64,000 nt of DNA from Raillietiella orientalis (lineage: Eukaryota). The notes beneath the pieces were generated by a model. That model had not been told where the DNA came from and made no database searches. It saw only the letters and a program-made list of their open reading frames with translations. Below are positions 1-14,200 of the stretch, in pieces (the stretch's first letter is position 1; the number at the start of each line of letters is the position of its first letter). Location: NCBI GenBank assembly GCA_036172245.1, contig JAYWIR010000003.1:6262001-6326000 (forward strand), read 5' to 3'. The position numbers and the translations under genes are program-made.

Positions 1-699
1 GACGAGCCGTGGACACGCGCCAGCCATGGTACCCAGCAGCAGCGTCGAATCCTTTCGGTTTCAGTTCCCTTGGGCGCAGAAGGCTCGTTTGGCTGGAGAA
101 GCAGCGCCATGGGGCCACTGGCTATTGGGTAGAGGGGAGAGGAAGGGGGTGACGAGGCAGAAGAAGGGAGAGAGGAAATCTTCCTCCCGTCCCCGTCTCC
201 CTTCTCGACTGCGAGAAAGCCGAGGTCTGGTCCGATCCCAGCGTGCTGTGGGCGGGGTTCCCAGATGTTCCGAGCTGGACGGCTGCAGCAGCAGCTAATG
301 CCCACGCAGGCCCACTGCTTGGGGACGCGCGTCGTGCGGAAGACTTCCTTAATCCGGGGCGGACTGCACGCTTTTCCGATGCATGTCACGCGACCAAGCA
401 GATGCCGAAGAGAGAAGCCTCCGTGGGAGGTCCTGAACTGAGGAAACGGCCTCCATGAAATCAGCAGCCATCTCATTTTCCAGGTGTTTCGGCTGTCGAC
501 GTCTGTGAGAAATCCGCTATCCGAAAGCGAAGCATCCTCTCACGTGGAGGGCCGTGATGAAGCTTCCTCTCAGGGCTCTCTCGCGCGCTCCTTCCTTCTC
601 GAGCCTCCGCTTCGGAGTTCAGCGGAGGATGCGGAATTCTTCTCAGCTTTCTCGGATGACGAAACAAGGTTGCACATCCTTCCACCATGGCAACCTTTC

Positions 700-3600
700 C
701 CTGTGTCACCCTTCGGTGACACTGCCCGGCAGTTGCTGTTTGATGTTCTGCCAGGCTTTCCAAATCGAACGCGCCACGGCCTGCGTCCTGCCGCCATTCC
801 TATTGCGAAGAGGAGCAGAAGAGATTGCGTCCCCGGTCAGCAAGCCGAGGATTTCTTTGCTGTACCGGCCCACGGGACTGAGGGTTCGCCCCATCGTGGA
901 CATCATTGCATGAGAGCTTCAGTCCAGCGACGCGCTAGTATAATGCGTTCTGGCATAAGACGTTTCTGGTGACCAGGAAGCCAGGTGTTTCCGGCCCACG
1001 TCGCGTGCGCCGGTCGTCCCTCGCCTTCGATACGCACACGTTTTGCTTGCTCACTCTTTCTGGAGGGATCCGGCAGCGCCTTTTGGGTTCCAGGCAGGCT
1101 ATACCTCTGAAAGGAGGTGCAAAGCAAGAGAGCAGGACTGAATAGTGTTTAGGACAGCAGACTAAATAGCGTCCTTGTGTGTTCCTTTATGAGAAAGTGG
1201 TGGATCTCAAGAACGAGCACAATCTGACAATGAATCTTCAAAAGACCGTGAGCGCTGAGAACCCGAAGGAAAACTGTCGGGAAAAGGAGGAGAGAAAGAT
1301 AGCAGGGCTCGTCCGCACCTCGCAGCTGACACCCACCGGCGTGGACGCCTGGGGGGAGGCTTCGAGGCGCGACTGCTGCAGACCCTGGCAAAAACCCAGG
1401 CTCTTCACGGCTGGCAGCGATCGCTTCTCAGTGGCATCTTCTGGAGGAGAGATCGCAGATCCGATAGGGGGATCGTCCGGTGGAGTAGCTTCTAAGTATA
1501 AGCAGAATGCAAAGCGGACTTCCAGCCGAGCACCCTCGAGCGATTAGTCTTGGAAACGAACGTCATGGCATCGAGCAAGCGACGCGTGTCAAAGCCGGAT
1601 GTTACTTGATGTCTCGCGCAGGATGCCGCCAGCGGCTCCCTCCACCAAAACCGCGCCACTGCGGCAAATCGAAGGCAGCAATCTGCTTCCCGAATAAAAG
1701 CTTCTCGAAACGACCAGACAACGCTGGAAGGCCGGGTGTCCATGCACCCCTCACGCTCCACTGATCACGCTGCGGCGGAGCGCAGCTTCCTTCTCTGAAA
1801 CCGAGTTACCTTCGATCTCCTTGGGGTCAAAACCTCCCTCTCCTGGCAAGACGTTTCCCACATGCGGCTGCACGTCTCGTGGAATGTAAGAAATTTCTCA
1901 AGGGTGCGGCAGTCGATCGAAGGAGAAAGAGAAGGGAAGACGCTGACAGGAAAAAGGACGGAGCCCACGGAGATGAAAGTAAAGCAACCTTTCGAGTGAG
2001 GCGAGGAAAACTTCGGCCTCGCCGAATGAGATGCTCAGGAGCCAACATCCCACAAAAGTTCCGAAGCAAGGATGGTGATGCACGAGACCTCGGACCGTTC
2101 TCAAAGAGTTTAGGGGACGCTACAAGAGCAAAAACCGCTGAGCTTAGCGGCAATCGAAGTGCATTCATGTATACCGCTTGTCAGGAAACGTTCTTGAAAC
2201 AGTCATTGTCATCCATCGGGAATCGTCAGTAAAGCAGATCATTACTGGACCGTTCTCTTCATGCATGCCAAAGATCAAGGAATCAAGCACTCCATCATGA
2301 AAGCTACATCTCTTCGGGGGAGACGCTAAATTAAAGGGTGAATCCTGATTCTGCACTCTTCCCCTACACCCGAGAGAGAGAGAGGGAGGGAGAGAAAAGC
2401 GGCATCTTTCAGTGCGTATTTCCTTTCTTCAAGTTCATGGAATCAATCAGTTCATGGAAGCAGTCGTTTACTCATCCTTCGTTCTGCCTCACGAAGATCT
2501 CATTTCATCTGTACATACCGCTACCGCCCACCCTATTTGAAGTCGATTAGATGGCTGCCGCATCACAGGCCATTGAGGGAGTTGGCCGTGTGTGGATCGC
2601 GGTAACTGATGACACAGAGGTTTGAAAATGTTGATTCAGGGAGTTTTGTGGCCAGGGGGGCTCTGCCATTCGCGATGGACGCTTGTCGCAGCGCGGATGA
2701 TGATGAATCAATGAGTGAATGATCTGATTTCGACTCCCGCAGGCAAAGTCTCGTTTCAAAATAAACGGCATCCTCTCAAGGGTGAGCACAGAACCCCCAT
2801 CCCCCCCAAATGAAGAGGATGAGGATCTCTGAGAACAGAAAACGTAGTCGCGAAATGACTCCTCAAGCATGCTAAGAGGGGGTGACTGAAAGCGCTTCGC
2901 CCCTCTTCCTCAGACTGTTGGTTTATTCTTGCCCCTATCCGGATCAAAATGAGTCAGTAACGCCGAGAGCAGTGTAATCACCAATTTGGATTGCAAAGCC
3001 TTCCAGAAGAGTAGTGGGTCATTTTTATCTATTCTGATAATCACGAATGAAATCATTCCAAATTTCAGGAGAATTTTTTCAGGTTTTTAGATGCCGTGGA
3101 TCATTCCTTGGTCGCAATGTGCTCTATGATCTCGAAGTTTCATCCCGACTCGGGAATTCTCTCAGGCGTCGCTGCAAAGGGACTCAAATCATCTCTGCAT
3201 GATCTCAGCAATGATTTTCCTGGAACGAACACTTCTTCTGCATTCTCCGTTTGGTTGACCATTCTGATATCGCACGGACAGCCCACCCCTGATACGAATT
3301 CGCGCTTGCAAACACGGAACTTTTCTTCTCACTTATGTGGTCCTTCAGGGTTCAGCAACACCATTTAGGAAATGTTCTCTGACAGTGACACCTTGTGCAC
3401 CGAATATACCACCGCATCATGCACAGGATACTTGCTGCGTGCTTTCTATTCTTTTGTACTGTACAACCAAGTAGAAATATTGCAGTGACCACAGAAACTA
3501 GAATCTTGCGCAGTCGATAGGTGGTCTAAAAGGACCGAGAGACTTGCATGTTCCAGAGATGACACACGAGGGATTAGAGGTTCCCACTCCGAGTTTCAGG

Positions 3601-4100
3601 CATCAATAAAATCCTAGAAAAGCCTTTTAGGGTGCTCACCACTTTGATGAAGAGCGCCAGCCAAGTTCCCAGCTCTATATTTATTCTAAAGAGAGATGAT
3701 GTTCTTCTAAGAGGCATGATGCTTTCTAAAGGGCATCCCTACCAAGGAGAGAGCACGTATCTCTCTTCGTTTGGTTGCATTCTGCATCAGCTAAGGCAGA
3801 AGCGGGAATTCGCTCTGTGGACGCCCTTATTGGCTGAGTGCACAGCACTCCGCGACGGTCCACCTACGTGAATCCTCTGAGCAGGGAACGTTTGTCTGCA
3901 CGTGGACTGGACGGAGTGGTTCTCCGAGAACCACTAAGCTCCAACGTCACTATAGACTCCGCGGACTACGAGGAGAGAGTCATGCTTCCAGAAGATCTTG
4001 CTCTTGGATGATACCAAGAACTGAAGGCATATCCATTCTTCATTTCGTGACTGATCTCTCGAGTTGAAACACTGCCAGCACTAGTGATTGCATTTTTGTT
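700..4100 (-). mobile_element. Decayed RLE-type non-LTR retrotransposon (NeSL/Utopia-like), remnant A
   Basis: Eroded motifs in the expected order on the minus strand: VREHF (~3375), RIPES (~3150), PPKRCSFH (~2310, cf. FNPxKCxSL), GMLAPEH (~2040, cf. SLLAPWQ), LPDPS..KRVRIEG (~1050, cf. RPD endonuclease), ARSIWKAW (~765). Many stops and frameshifts. Confidence 0.55.
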
Positions 4101-5799
4101 GACAGATTAGTTTTGAAAAATTGAGTCGGAAGCAGAGGGATGTTGAGAGAATCCAGAAGGAACCTTGGTTTTGGTAAACATATTTCATAGGCAACAAATC
4201 CACCTTGGTGTAACTACAGAGAGAGAGAGAGAAAGCGTTCTGCTGCCTCGCGTTAAAGATGCTGGATATGATTTATCGCGAGCTCGTCGGCTGTTTTCGT
4301 GATTCTTCGTGTATTATTTGAATCTCTCCAAACCGCATTCGACTGAATACAATGAACGCTGCCCCTTTTTTTTCTTTCCTTCCTCTTTCCAATGGTGACG
4401 AAAGACGGAGGATGGTGCTGCTTGTCTGAGAATCTGACTTTCAAAGCGCTGCCACCCGGAAGGCAGCCGTTGAGATACCCGCTCGAAAGGATGCAGACTC
4501 GGACGCTGAAGAATGTTTGCAAGCGCTCCAGAAGAAGCTTTGCAGAGCTCAGCTCAGTCAGAAAAACAAGCCCGAAAAGCGACAAAATGGAACCGGAGAA
4601 CCGAAGGTAAGCGCAAGCCTTCCACCCAAGATGCCTTTCGTGATGCAGAGGAATTAAGTTGCTGTGGTAGCTGAAGTCGCTAGTTTCGTTGCTGCTAGCG
4701 GCGCTAGGCATCGCCAGTGATACAGAAAGAAAAAGAAAAAAAAAAGGAAGAGGAACCTGTCAAGAGCGACGAGCAAGATAAACTTGAATTTCGATCAAGG
4801 ATGCCTGTCAAGCAGACCAACACACGGCCATTGCATCTAAAATGATCCTTCCTTAGCAGCACGCGTGCTGCTGCTTGCTGTTTTCTTTACGCTTTGTAGT
4901 GTTCTTTTTTTTTTTCTTATTCTTGGCCAGCAGGTCCAAGTGAGAGTGACCCTTCTCCGCTTGCCAGAGTTTCCATGGAGAGCATTCATCGCTTTTTCAT
5001 CCACATATTTGCCTCATATATTGCTTGGTTCTGGTTTTGCAGCTTCTGGATGTGGCAACTTTAAAGAACTGTCTGAATTCGAAAGATCTTACAGATGACG
5101 CCTCGGACAAGTCCCCCTTCAACAACGCTCCTTCAAGATTCAAAAATGGGAAGGGGAGGGGGGGATTTTTCCAGAGGGATATCTCATATGCGAGTATCAA
5201 CAGATTTCGGAGGGAACAAAAGGTGCAGCGATGCTTCTGATGAAAAAGATTTTGCCTTTCAACGTACGAAGGCTCGGAGCGTGCGATCTGAGCCCCGAGG
5301 ACAGACAGATTCCTTAGTGACAGGAGGCGCATGCATCAAGAGAATCGGGGGCGAAACCAACTTTGCAGATGCCTGCCAAGAAAGGGGGCAACGAGCCCAG
5401 ACAACGGGGATGCAGTTGTTTTCCCAGGCGGGAACAACCGCCTTCGATACAAAAAAAAAAAAAAACCAGCTCTCCGTCGATCTCGGATGGGATGGTGATG
5501 CACTTCGAATGTGCTTATTCAAGAAAAGTGTGCATCCAGCGAAGGGAGCGAACAGGAAGTTAAGGCGAAGAACCGATTCCGATCTGAATGCAATGCGTTC
5601 GAGGTCAAAAGCGTCTGGGTCTCCATGTGCTCCATCGGGAGACGGTCAGCTGCCACGTTCAAGAAAGATGCAAGCAGGGAGAATGCAATCGGAGAACTCA
5701 TTCGGAAGGTCTTTCGACTCAACATCACTAAAAAAAAAGAGTCAGTGAGAGACAGAAGCTTATCCTGACCACCGGAGACTTCCTTTAGCTCCGCAGGCC

Positions 5800-7350
5800 C
5801 CGTCAGGAATAAAAGGAATGGCTGCATTTCTCCGTGCGCCTCTTTCATATGGAGACTCAACGAAAAAGCAGCCGAACTGTGAGCTCCGTTTTTTTTCTAC
5901 AGGATGGAGCCTCCAGCGGGTGAGTGGTCGTTTAGGAATCTTGGAGGAACAAGTCGAACCAGAAATAGTTGATCGATACTGCTTCCTAAGAAGAAACGAA
6001 GTGCTGCCCGAAGACAAAACAGTCACCAAGAGCAAGCCATCAAGTAAGCCAGCTGCTTCCATGGTCTGCAATCGCGGGGACCTTCACTGCCCTCTGCGTT
6101 CGGAATGGGTATGGTTTCTTTCTTTTAGGTGTGCATGCAGTTCCTTGCCTTGCGCAAGAGCCTGCTCTTCCATCTTCCCAGATCTGCAGCCGAGGGTTCA
6201 CCTAAAGTCACGTGGCTAATTGAATCGCTTAATTCCACTCGTGGACCTTTCTTTGATTTATGGCCTGCAGATACCGAGCTTTGGGTAAGCAGAGCGCTTC
6301 TCTCGCTGACAACTTGTTGGAGCGTTTTTTCTTCTTTTCCTCCTAATTGGCACTTTCTTGCTCTCGCCCTCTCCAGTCTCTTAACCTTTATTTCGGCACA
6401 TTTCGCTTCCAATTTTTTTTTCAAGCGAGCAAAGGTTGCTCTCTCGTGGATTTTTCCGGGGAAACCTGAGCGAGAGTGCACAGCAACTGATTCTCACCGA
6501 CTTTCTTTGAGTCTTCACAACTTTTCGTCCCTTTTATGCACTCTTGTGAGGAAGAAGCCACCAGAGGTCCTTGGGTAATATTTCCGTTGCCTCCCGGCCC
6601 ATGTGCATTCAGTAGAATCCTTTTCGATTTTCTGGCACATTGCGCAACTCCCTGATGATGGACACACTATTGTGGTTCTCCGACTTCCAAGAACACAGAA
6701 ATAGTGGGGAAAAAAACACGAGAGGGCCTGGCATTGGATGCTTAGGGGCCGTTAAACCAGTCTGGAGTGAAAGGACACCAGGAAAAGAATCCAGAATCAC
6801 AGAAAGACTCTAGAATCGTAACTGCTGGAATAACATAGGTCATGCAGGTCTGCGTGGACAAATTGCGCTGTTCAGGGGCCTTTGAGGCAATTCAAACACC
6901 CTGTGGATCATCAGCGGAAATATTGTTCTTGAAAATTCGAGACCGAGGATCAATTAGAATCTTCTTGTGAAGAGTGGGCTTGAAAAAATGGTCATCCCAA
7001 CCACCTCAACCAACTGCTCAATCCTACTTGGAAACTAACTATGAATTTGCGCTCGCTTATCTTTACAGCTCAAGAAGATTCATCACATGATGGAGCTCTT
7101 TCCAGAAAACATTCAGTTGCCTCATGGGCGGTTTTCCAGTCATCTTGGCTTGCGGTTCTTGCCCTTTCCTCGTTGCAGGAGGGCAATCAAATCGATGTGA
7201 CAAGATGCACCATCTCGAGGCTTGAGCTGCTTCTTCCTCTTTGGATTTGGTGTCTCAAAAAAGTAGGATTTCATTAGGCTCAGTTGTTGCGATTAATGAA
7301 GAGCTCTGAGAAGAGGAGGGAGGAAGCGAAAGGTGCTTGACTTGGAGATG
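5800..7350 (-). mobile_element. Decayed RLE-type non-LTR remnant B (end of RT to CCHC region)
   Basis: LKPRDGASCHID (~7210, cf. NPKKCASLH), and ATFARL...RKCQLGGKEEKTLQQVV (ORF 6125-6481, cf. CRRCG..ETLxHVL). Confidence 0.5.
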
Positions 7351-7374
7351 CCTCCTTGCCTGCTTATAGCTTTT

Positions 7375-8900
7375 CTAAATGTACTGCCGTCGTGTAATCC
7401 TTCCATGGGTGAGTCTTGAGAATGTAGATCCAGATAAAAGGATCATGATGAGGATGAAGGCTTCTGGACTTCGTAAATTCAAATGCTGGAATTTTTGGTC
7501 TTTGCTTCTGAACTGAACTTTATAAGGGCACAGAAGAACTCGATGGTTACGCGAGATTCTAAAATTAGAGGACCCAACGCACAAGTTCAGAAAGACCATA
7601 AATTCTTTGGTGCGTTTTTGGATCGGAGACCACCTTTTCTGGTAACAGAGGCGACTCGGAAGAGCTAAGGGGAGTGGTTCGTCCCAGTCATCCTCAGGCC
7701 GAACGTTCTTCGAATCAGCGAGCATGTATATAAAGTACAGAGAGTTTGTACGCTGCTTGCGTGGAAACGGTACGAATCGGGCCACAAGAGGCCATGAAGA
7801 CAAAGACATTGGTGCCCTGTAGATCGCGTGGTGGAATTTCCCCTTCATGCATTACAACGATTGTCCGACGACTCCTCCCGTTCAGGATTTTCCACCATCG
7901 GCATTTTTCGGTGGGGCACCTGAAAGCCACTCGAGCTTGCCGGCAAGGTGATGGTGCAACCTACTCTGCACCTACTGAAGTATCTTTTGGAAGCAAATCG
8001 ATGAGAATGCCATCATCCTGTGCTATGAGCCATGTCAGTTTCCATTTAGTGGTGCGGGCATTGATAAGAAATTTCCCAAGAAGGAAAGAAACGGTCCAAG
8101 AGAGGAAGAAAACGTAGCCGCCAGTGTCGGCGTGAGCCCAAATGCGTCATACGAGAAATGACGGGGCCTGGTCCTTCAATTTTCAAATGTAATCGGGTGG
8201 GGTGTCCACTAGCAGTGATGTCGACCTCAGATCGAAGATGCGTCACATTTCGGACGGTGTTGACAAACAGGCAACTCAGCGCCTTGGAAACTCATCACAT
8301 GAGACAGCATTTTGGAGAATTCGGATTTCTCGAAACCGAATGACTCAGGAAAAGGTAATCCAAAGCGTGGATCAACGTCGGTCGCGTTCCTGCATGCGTT
8401 TGCTGCAGCTGGGAGACACAAAAAGATAAAGAGATGGGGAAACCCTGGCGGGACGCAGAAGGGCTCAGATGTTGCACCTTGGCGGGGCAAACCAGTGGCC
8501 TTCTTTTCTACTTGATCGCTTTGCTCTTCCTGCCTTTACGAGCTGCGCCCAACCAACTCCATTTCCGCGTTTCAGGACAGGCAGACGAGCATCCGAACGC
8601 TCCCGGAAGAAACGATGAGTTGCTTGGACGCTCAAGCTCCCTTCCTGGCCGGAACGCTGCCGAATAGTCTTCAGTAGGCGGAAAGGACAGCCCACTACAG
8701 GAAGGGGAGCACAGTGAAGTCTTCAAGGCGATCCCATGATCGGAATCGCATTGGACGCTCTCCCACCGGGGAATCCCTTCCAAGATTGACAAACCGGAGG
8801 TGTTTCCGAGGTGAAATAGTAGGCTCAGAGCCACTTTTCGGTTGGGTGCCTTCCTGATCCGGACCGTGACAGGTGCGAAAGATGGAATTTCGGCTTTCGC
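7375..8900 (-). mobile_element. Decayed RLE-type non-LTR remnant C (3' half)
   Basis: FHLGNTSG..LKTSLCSP (ORF 8508-8834), HRFASKRYFSRCRVGC (~7955-8005, cf. RFADWRFIHRARLNC), and C-terminus FSRLTHGRITRRQYI (cf. SRDIYxEHITGxRQY). Confidence 0.6.
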
Positions 8901-11099
8901 AAAAGGCCGTCGATTACAAGCCGCACGTCACTCTAGTGGAAACGAGATCATGGCTACTGCCTCCGTCTACGGCTGCTGCTGATGCTGCAACCATGCTCCG
9001 CAGAGCTCGGAAATGAAGATGGATGTCTCTCACAAGGCTGTCTGTCTACGGAGAGCAATCGCACCGTCGAGTCATGCGCTCCGGCTTTAGAAGAACTCCA
9101 GAATCAGCAAGCAAAACTTTCTGCGTGTTTCCCGAAATCTCTGCAAACTCAGCTGCTTTCGACCCCAAATGACGTGGAAAGAGAAGTCTCTCACCGTGGT
9201 TTTTTTGCTTGTTGCTCATTCGCTCGGAGACGTCCACTCAAGGCTCTGTCTCCAAGGTGGAGAGAGCATTTCCTTAAGAAGCAAATGAGCATCACTAGAA
9301 AGAAGGCTGAGAATTTCAAGGAAAAGGGAATGAGGGAAAGGGCCTTTTTTTTTTTTCCCCCCTTTAAAGAAAAAAAAAAAAAGTCCCTTGGCCCAGAGCA
9401 AGGTCCGTCGAGATCCTCCAGCAATCAGCAAAATTCCGGAGACTTGCGCAACGCCTTTCCGAGGGCGGCGGCCGCCTCTTCTGGAAATCTCGCGGAGACG
9501 CACTCGTCCGAATAAACCACGAGATTCCCGCTGCGTGTCTCCCGGCCGACCGAATGCGAACTTCTTTCCGTCTTCCCGATGCTCCGCAGCCCCCTCGCTC
9601 TCTCCCGCGCTCTCCGTTTCCTTGCCGACCCCTCCGATCGTCTTTTCCCGCGAGCACGCCATCCAGAGCCCCGCGTACCTCGAGTCTCTCGCAAAGAGCT
9701 TCAAACTGTACCTAAGAGTGCACCGACGCAGGTTCGCAGAGGCATGTCGTGGGGGTCTCCTTTCCTCGTCACAGCTCGTCCGGGGAAGAAGAGGCCTCAC
9801 TACCAGCTGTCTTTTCCAGCAGCATCTTCGATCAAAGAGCCACCACTCATCGTATCACTTCACTCATTTCAACAGGGGGCTCAGCCCGACCGAGAGAGAG
9901 GAGACTTTTTTCTTCTCCTTCTGGAAAGCCAGAAATGAACCCGGAATGGCGGGGAACCGGCTGTCCTCGCCCGCTCGCCTCTTCGCCTCAACAGGTTTGC
10001 AAGCCCACTGCACAGCAAAGGTGGGGCGAGCAGAGTCCGTCGCACGGCTGGCGGCGGAGCACGTATCGGCGCTCTCGTACTTTCTCTCCCGTGGCCGCTT
10101 GCTCCACGTGTGCGCTCGTAAACGAAAGATACTTATTGACAAATTGGGAAACTGATACCGGGGGAGGCCGGCAGGAATGTTGACGTTCTCCGGCGTATGG
10201 CGAGCGGCGGGCAGGCGCGTCGTGCGCCACGGCTTACCCTCGGGTGATCCGCCGACGGGAAAAGTGGCATTTCCCAAAGAATCCGCCTTCCATAGTAACG
10301 ACCACGGTCCGAGGGCCGTTTCCTAATCTCAGGCGAGGAGATCACGAACCGCGCGGAATGGAAAGCCGCTCCGAAACGAAAGTTCTCCCCCGCCGAAAGT
10401 CGAGCCGCTCTCTTTCACCGCGGGTTTTTCACAACCTCCTTTTGGTCTCCGCAGGAAGGCGTCTGCGGCCGCCTGCAACGCTGCGCAATCGAACCCATCT
10501 GAGTGAGGATAAATGGGAAGCGCCCTCCTCCGTGCCGCCCGTCTTTCTCTTTCCTTTTTCCCGTGGAAATCTCGACCCTTGGATTCGCCGCCGCGGCGGA
10601 GAGGCGTCAACTGCCGCACGGTCTTTCCGCTTTGGGCTGACGTTTTCGCATCTCGGCTTCTTCCCCGTTGCTCGCATCACCACCTGCCGTTCCGATCTCG
10701 GAGGAATGCCATCTTTTTTCCTTTCGGAGCAGCGTTTCGCCGATGCCCGGGCGCGAAGGGTTCGCGATCGCGACTGTCGAGGGAATCGACCTCGGGCCGC
10801 TTCCTCAGGTTCGGTTTTGCCGCGCGCCACCACCCGGGAGAGATGGAAAAGGGGTCGGGAGAATCAGCACCGTGCCTCTCTCGAAGCTCCCGAAGAACTC
10901 GGTGCCGGAGGCAAGTTGTCGGAAACGATGATGCGCGCTTTCCAGATACCACCGAAGCTTCCGTTGCCAGGATATCAGTTTACGGTTCCATTCACCCCGT
11001 CTCCTCCTTGTTCGAGTAAGAAAAGAATGTCAATTTCGAGGATTTTTTTTTTTTTCCTTCTTCTCCTCCGATGTAGATGGGAACCCTGAAATTCAGTGC

Positions 11100-14000
11100 C
11101 GTGCACTCCTCCCAAACAGATGAGAAGAAAACTGCGTTTTTTCCGAGGATGTCTTACTGTTCAGTGGAATGGAATTTTACATCCAATTAGAATCGAATCC
11201 AATCCGATTTGAGCGGCTCCAGGGAGCGTCTCTAACAGCTGAGTCACCGCCATTCGGGCACGCGAAGAATCCATCATTTTGCACCATCCGCGCGCCGTCT
11301 CCGTGTTTTCGAATTCCGCTTTCCCTGCTGAACGGCAGGAAAAGAAGATTTCAGGAACACGAAATCGGAGCTCCGAGCTACGCAAAATTTCCAAGTGGGA
11401 ATTTTCCCTCCAAATTCGAATTCTCTGGAATGCAGTCTTGAGACATGCTCGAAGAACAGCGTGGACCACCGTTCCGACGGATAATGGAAGGGGAACGTTC
11501 CGAGGTGCTGCATCCTGGCTTTCGAAGCGCCAAGTCGACTCCCTCCTAATTTACTTAGGCGAGCAGCGATTCCCTGGCGAGATGAAGTGCTCTTCCAAAA
11601 GTCACCTTTCCTTCGAGGAGGATGCTGAAGCCGCTCCACCACCGGTTCCGGTTTCCGGCAACATTCCGAGAACCTTCCACTTAATGGAAATATAATGGCT
11701 TTGGAACAAGGATATCGGACCCCGTGTTGCCAAGGAAGCAGGTTTTTGTGTTGCAATAACGGAGGACCATGGAATTCACGTTCTTTATCTCGAAACGCTC
11801 ATCGTGCCGATGGTTAAATTCTCATTAGGCGGCGTGAGGATCCTGAAACCAAGATGCTACGTGCAAGTGGTATTTGATGTCCCTGGAATCTGTGCAGACA
11901 AACGTTTCGACGGTAGATCTTCACACCAATCGACGTTGAAGGAAACTCTTGCCCGGTGTCATCAACTTCCTTGAGCTCCTAAGCTGAAAAATCGTGCATT
12001 TTAGGCGATGGGTAATGAGTTCACGTTTCAAGACAGATCCGTTTTTTGCGACTGATTACTACTTCTTTTCTAAACGATCATCATATTCCTTCTGATCTAC
12101 ACTGTCATCCCTCCCACTCTACATCACTGCTCTTTCTACCTCACGTGGCTGTTTTTCTTCTTCTTCCTTCTTCTCCCCGAAAGAGAATGCGCCGCTGGGG
12201 CACCGAACATGAAATGCATGCATCTTCGCATCAGCCTCCAAGTACGGCAAACATCCTAGGAGTGGAGATGCTCTTGCTACAGGAAAATGACGGCATCAGC
12301 GGCGTCGATTTTCACACCGGTGATTTGACATCTTTCCGAGTGTCACCGTGTCCCTCAAGACCGCTTAGCCACAGCCCCTTGGAAAGTGAAAAGAGGTATC
12401 AGTCGACCGTCAAAAGCTGAGAGGAGGCAATCCGACGGCACGCACATGCTGAGCAGACGTCGAAGAGAGCATCACTTCCAAAGGGCGTGCGCATGAGCTG
12501 CACTCACGTGATTTCCGTCAGCATTTCTCTGGCATTACTCTTTCGGTGTTGTGCGCTCTTTAAATACGTCGTATCAGAACATCCACTTTGATTGGAAAGA
12601 ACACCATCTGGCTCTCTCTCTCGCTGGTACGTGGCTCAGCCATGGCTCCCTGCTCCCCTGTGAAGAAGTGCTACCGACGTTTCAGAATCCGTAAGTGCAT
12701 CTCAGCGCGTTGAAATAGTGCAGTCGAGAGTCCGCCTCCTTGAGCAGCTCCTGCTTGAGCCGTCAGGGATTCTGAGCACTGAATCGATCGAACTTCTCCA
12801 ACCTTCTGCTAAATGCCAAAGTACAAGAGGAAACCCACAGCATTGCTATTCGTGCTCATGAGCCCAGCTTGTTTCTTCTTCTTCTTCTTCTTTCCGGTAG
12901 TGCCTCGCTTTTTGCTCCAAGGGGAGCACGCAGTCCTCTCCTCTGGTGCCTGGAGTCCAAGAACATGATCACAACATGTCAGATGATCATGAAGATCCTC
13001 TAACACGCATCGTTCCAGAATACAAGATCTATCGTCGAATGATTTGTTTGCACTGATTCCAGGGCCATCACGTTGCGATCTACACGTCAAGGATGTGCAG
13101 TCAGATTCCTGATGGTGAGCGTCAGTCATACCTGTGATGTCATCACTATTTGACCAAGGAAGAAAACCAATGTGCTTCGTTGAGTCGTTGCCAACGCCGG
13201 CTATATCCTTCGACGCGCCGTTGCTTACGAAAGTGTAGGATCCAATTTCCTCTATGGCTCAGGAATGAAGTCTTGGGGTTGAAGACCGACTCTAGTCCTT
13301 CACGCCGTGCGTCTTGCAGAGTGGACATCTTTCGGTCATGTTGTCGGAGGGTCGGCATTCTCCATTTGGGTCTTTCGCTGTCTCTCTGCACGTTGGGCGC
13401 TCGAATCGGTGCGGCGCTTTAATGCAAATATCAAATGAGGAAACCCCTTATTTTCTTCAGTAAGGACCAAAGCAGCAGCGTCCGAATGATGATGAATCTT
13501 TCCTTTCGGGATCGTAGTGAATAACACGTTCCTCGCGAATTCTGAAAGAGATCTCCTTCGGCTGAAGAGATGGCTCCGAGGGTAACATGGTTCTCAAACA
13601 TTCCTTCGAGAAGGATTCACTGAATTGGTAGGAGCAACAGGAAGGAGTTGGACTGCAAAAATGTATGGAGAAGTCATCCGGGTATGCGTTTCTGTTTGGA
13701 GTGATAAGGGTGGATGACCCAGTGGAATGCTCCTAAATGTAGATGACCAACAGTAGAATTCTTCCATGTTCAATCTTGGGCTGCACTGCTAAGAATAAGA
13801 ATGGCATTGCTGAGACACGCAGGGAGCTGTCCACTTTCTTCCGTGCCTATGTCCAAGGACAGTCCCTGGATTTTTTCCCTCCATTTCCGGAAATTGAAGC
13901 AGACTCCTTGACACAGCATCAAATTTCGCCAAATTTTTGCTTTTCAAACCAAGGGCACCCTTCCGCAGACCAGAGAGGAGCTTTGGCAGAGTGAGAAAAT

Positions 14001-14200
14001 CTCCAGAGACTCGTACATCCTTCACACTGACCGCGTTCGTTAGATTTTCAAGAGAGCGAGCCACGCCCTTCGGAAGGATGAAAGTGTCAGAAGTCGCACG
14101 ATCCTGCCGACCCATATTCTGAATGGACGAGATGCGCCAAAAGGATTCCCTTGATTCAGCCAGTGAGGAAAGTTCCATACGGAGAATTGGTCAGTTCCAC
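11100..14200 (-). mobile_element. Decayed non-LTR retrotransposon remnant D
   Basis: EENKGF (~13450, cf. QKGF), QDARREGL (~13300), KNLLPWQH (~11735, cf. LAPWQ) and SKLGGSRLG (~11545), in correct order but interrupted. Confidence 0.5.

Noticed and set aside
9216..11089. ORFs of 255, 281 and 194 aa
   Set aside because: Same GC-driven stop-codon scarcity, with no motif or splice structure supporting coding.
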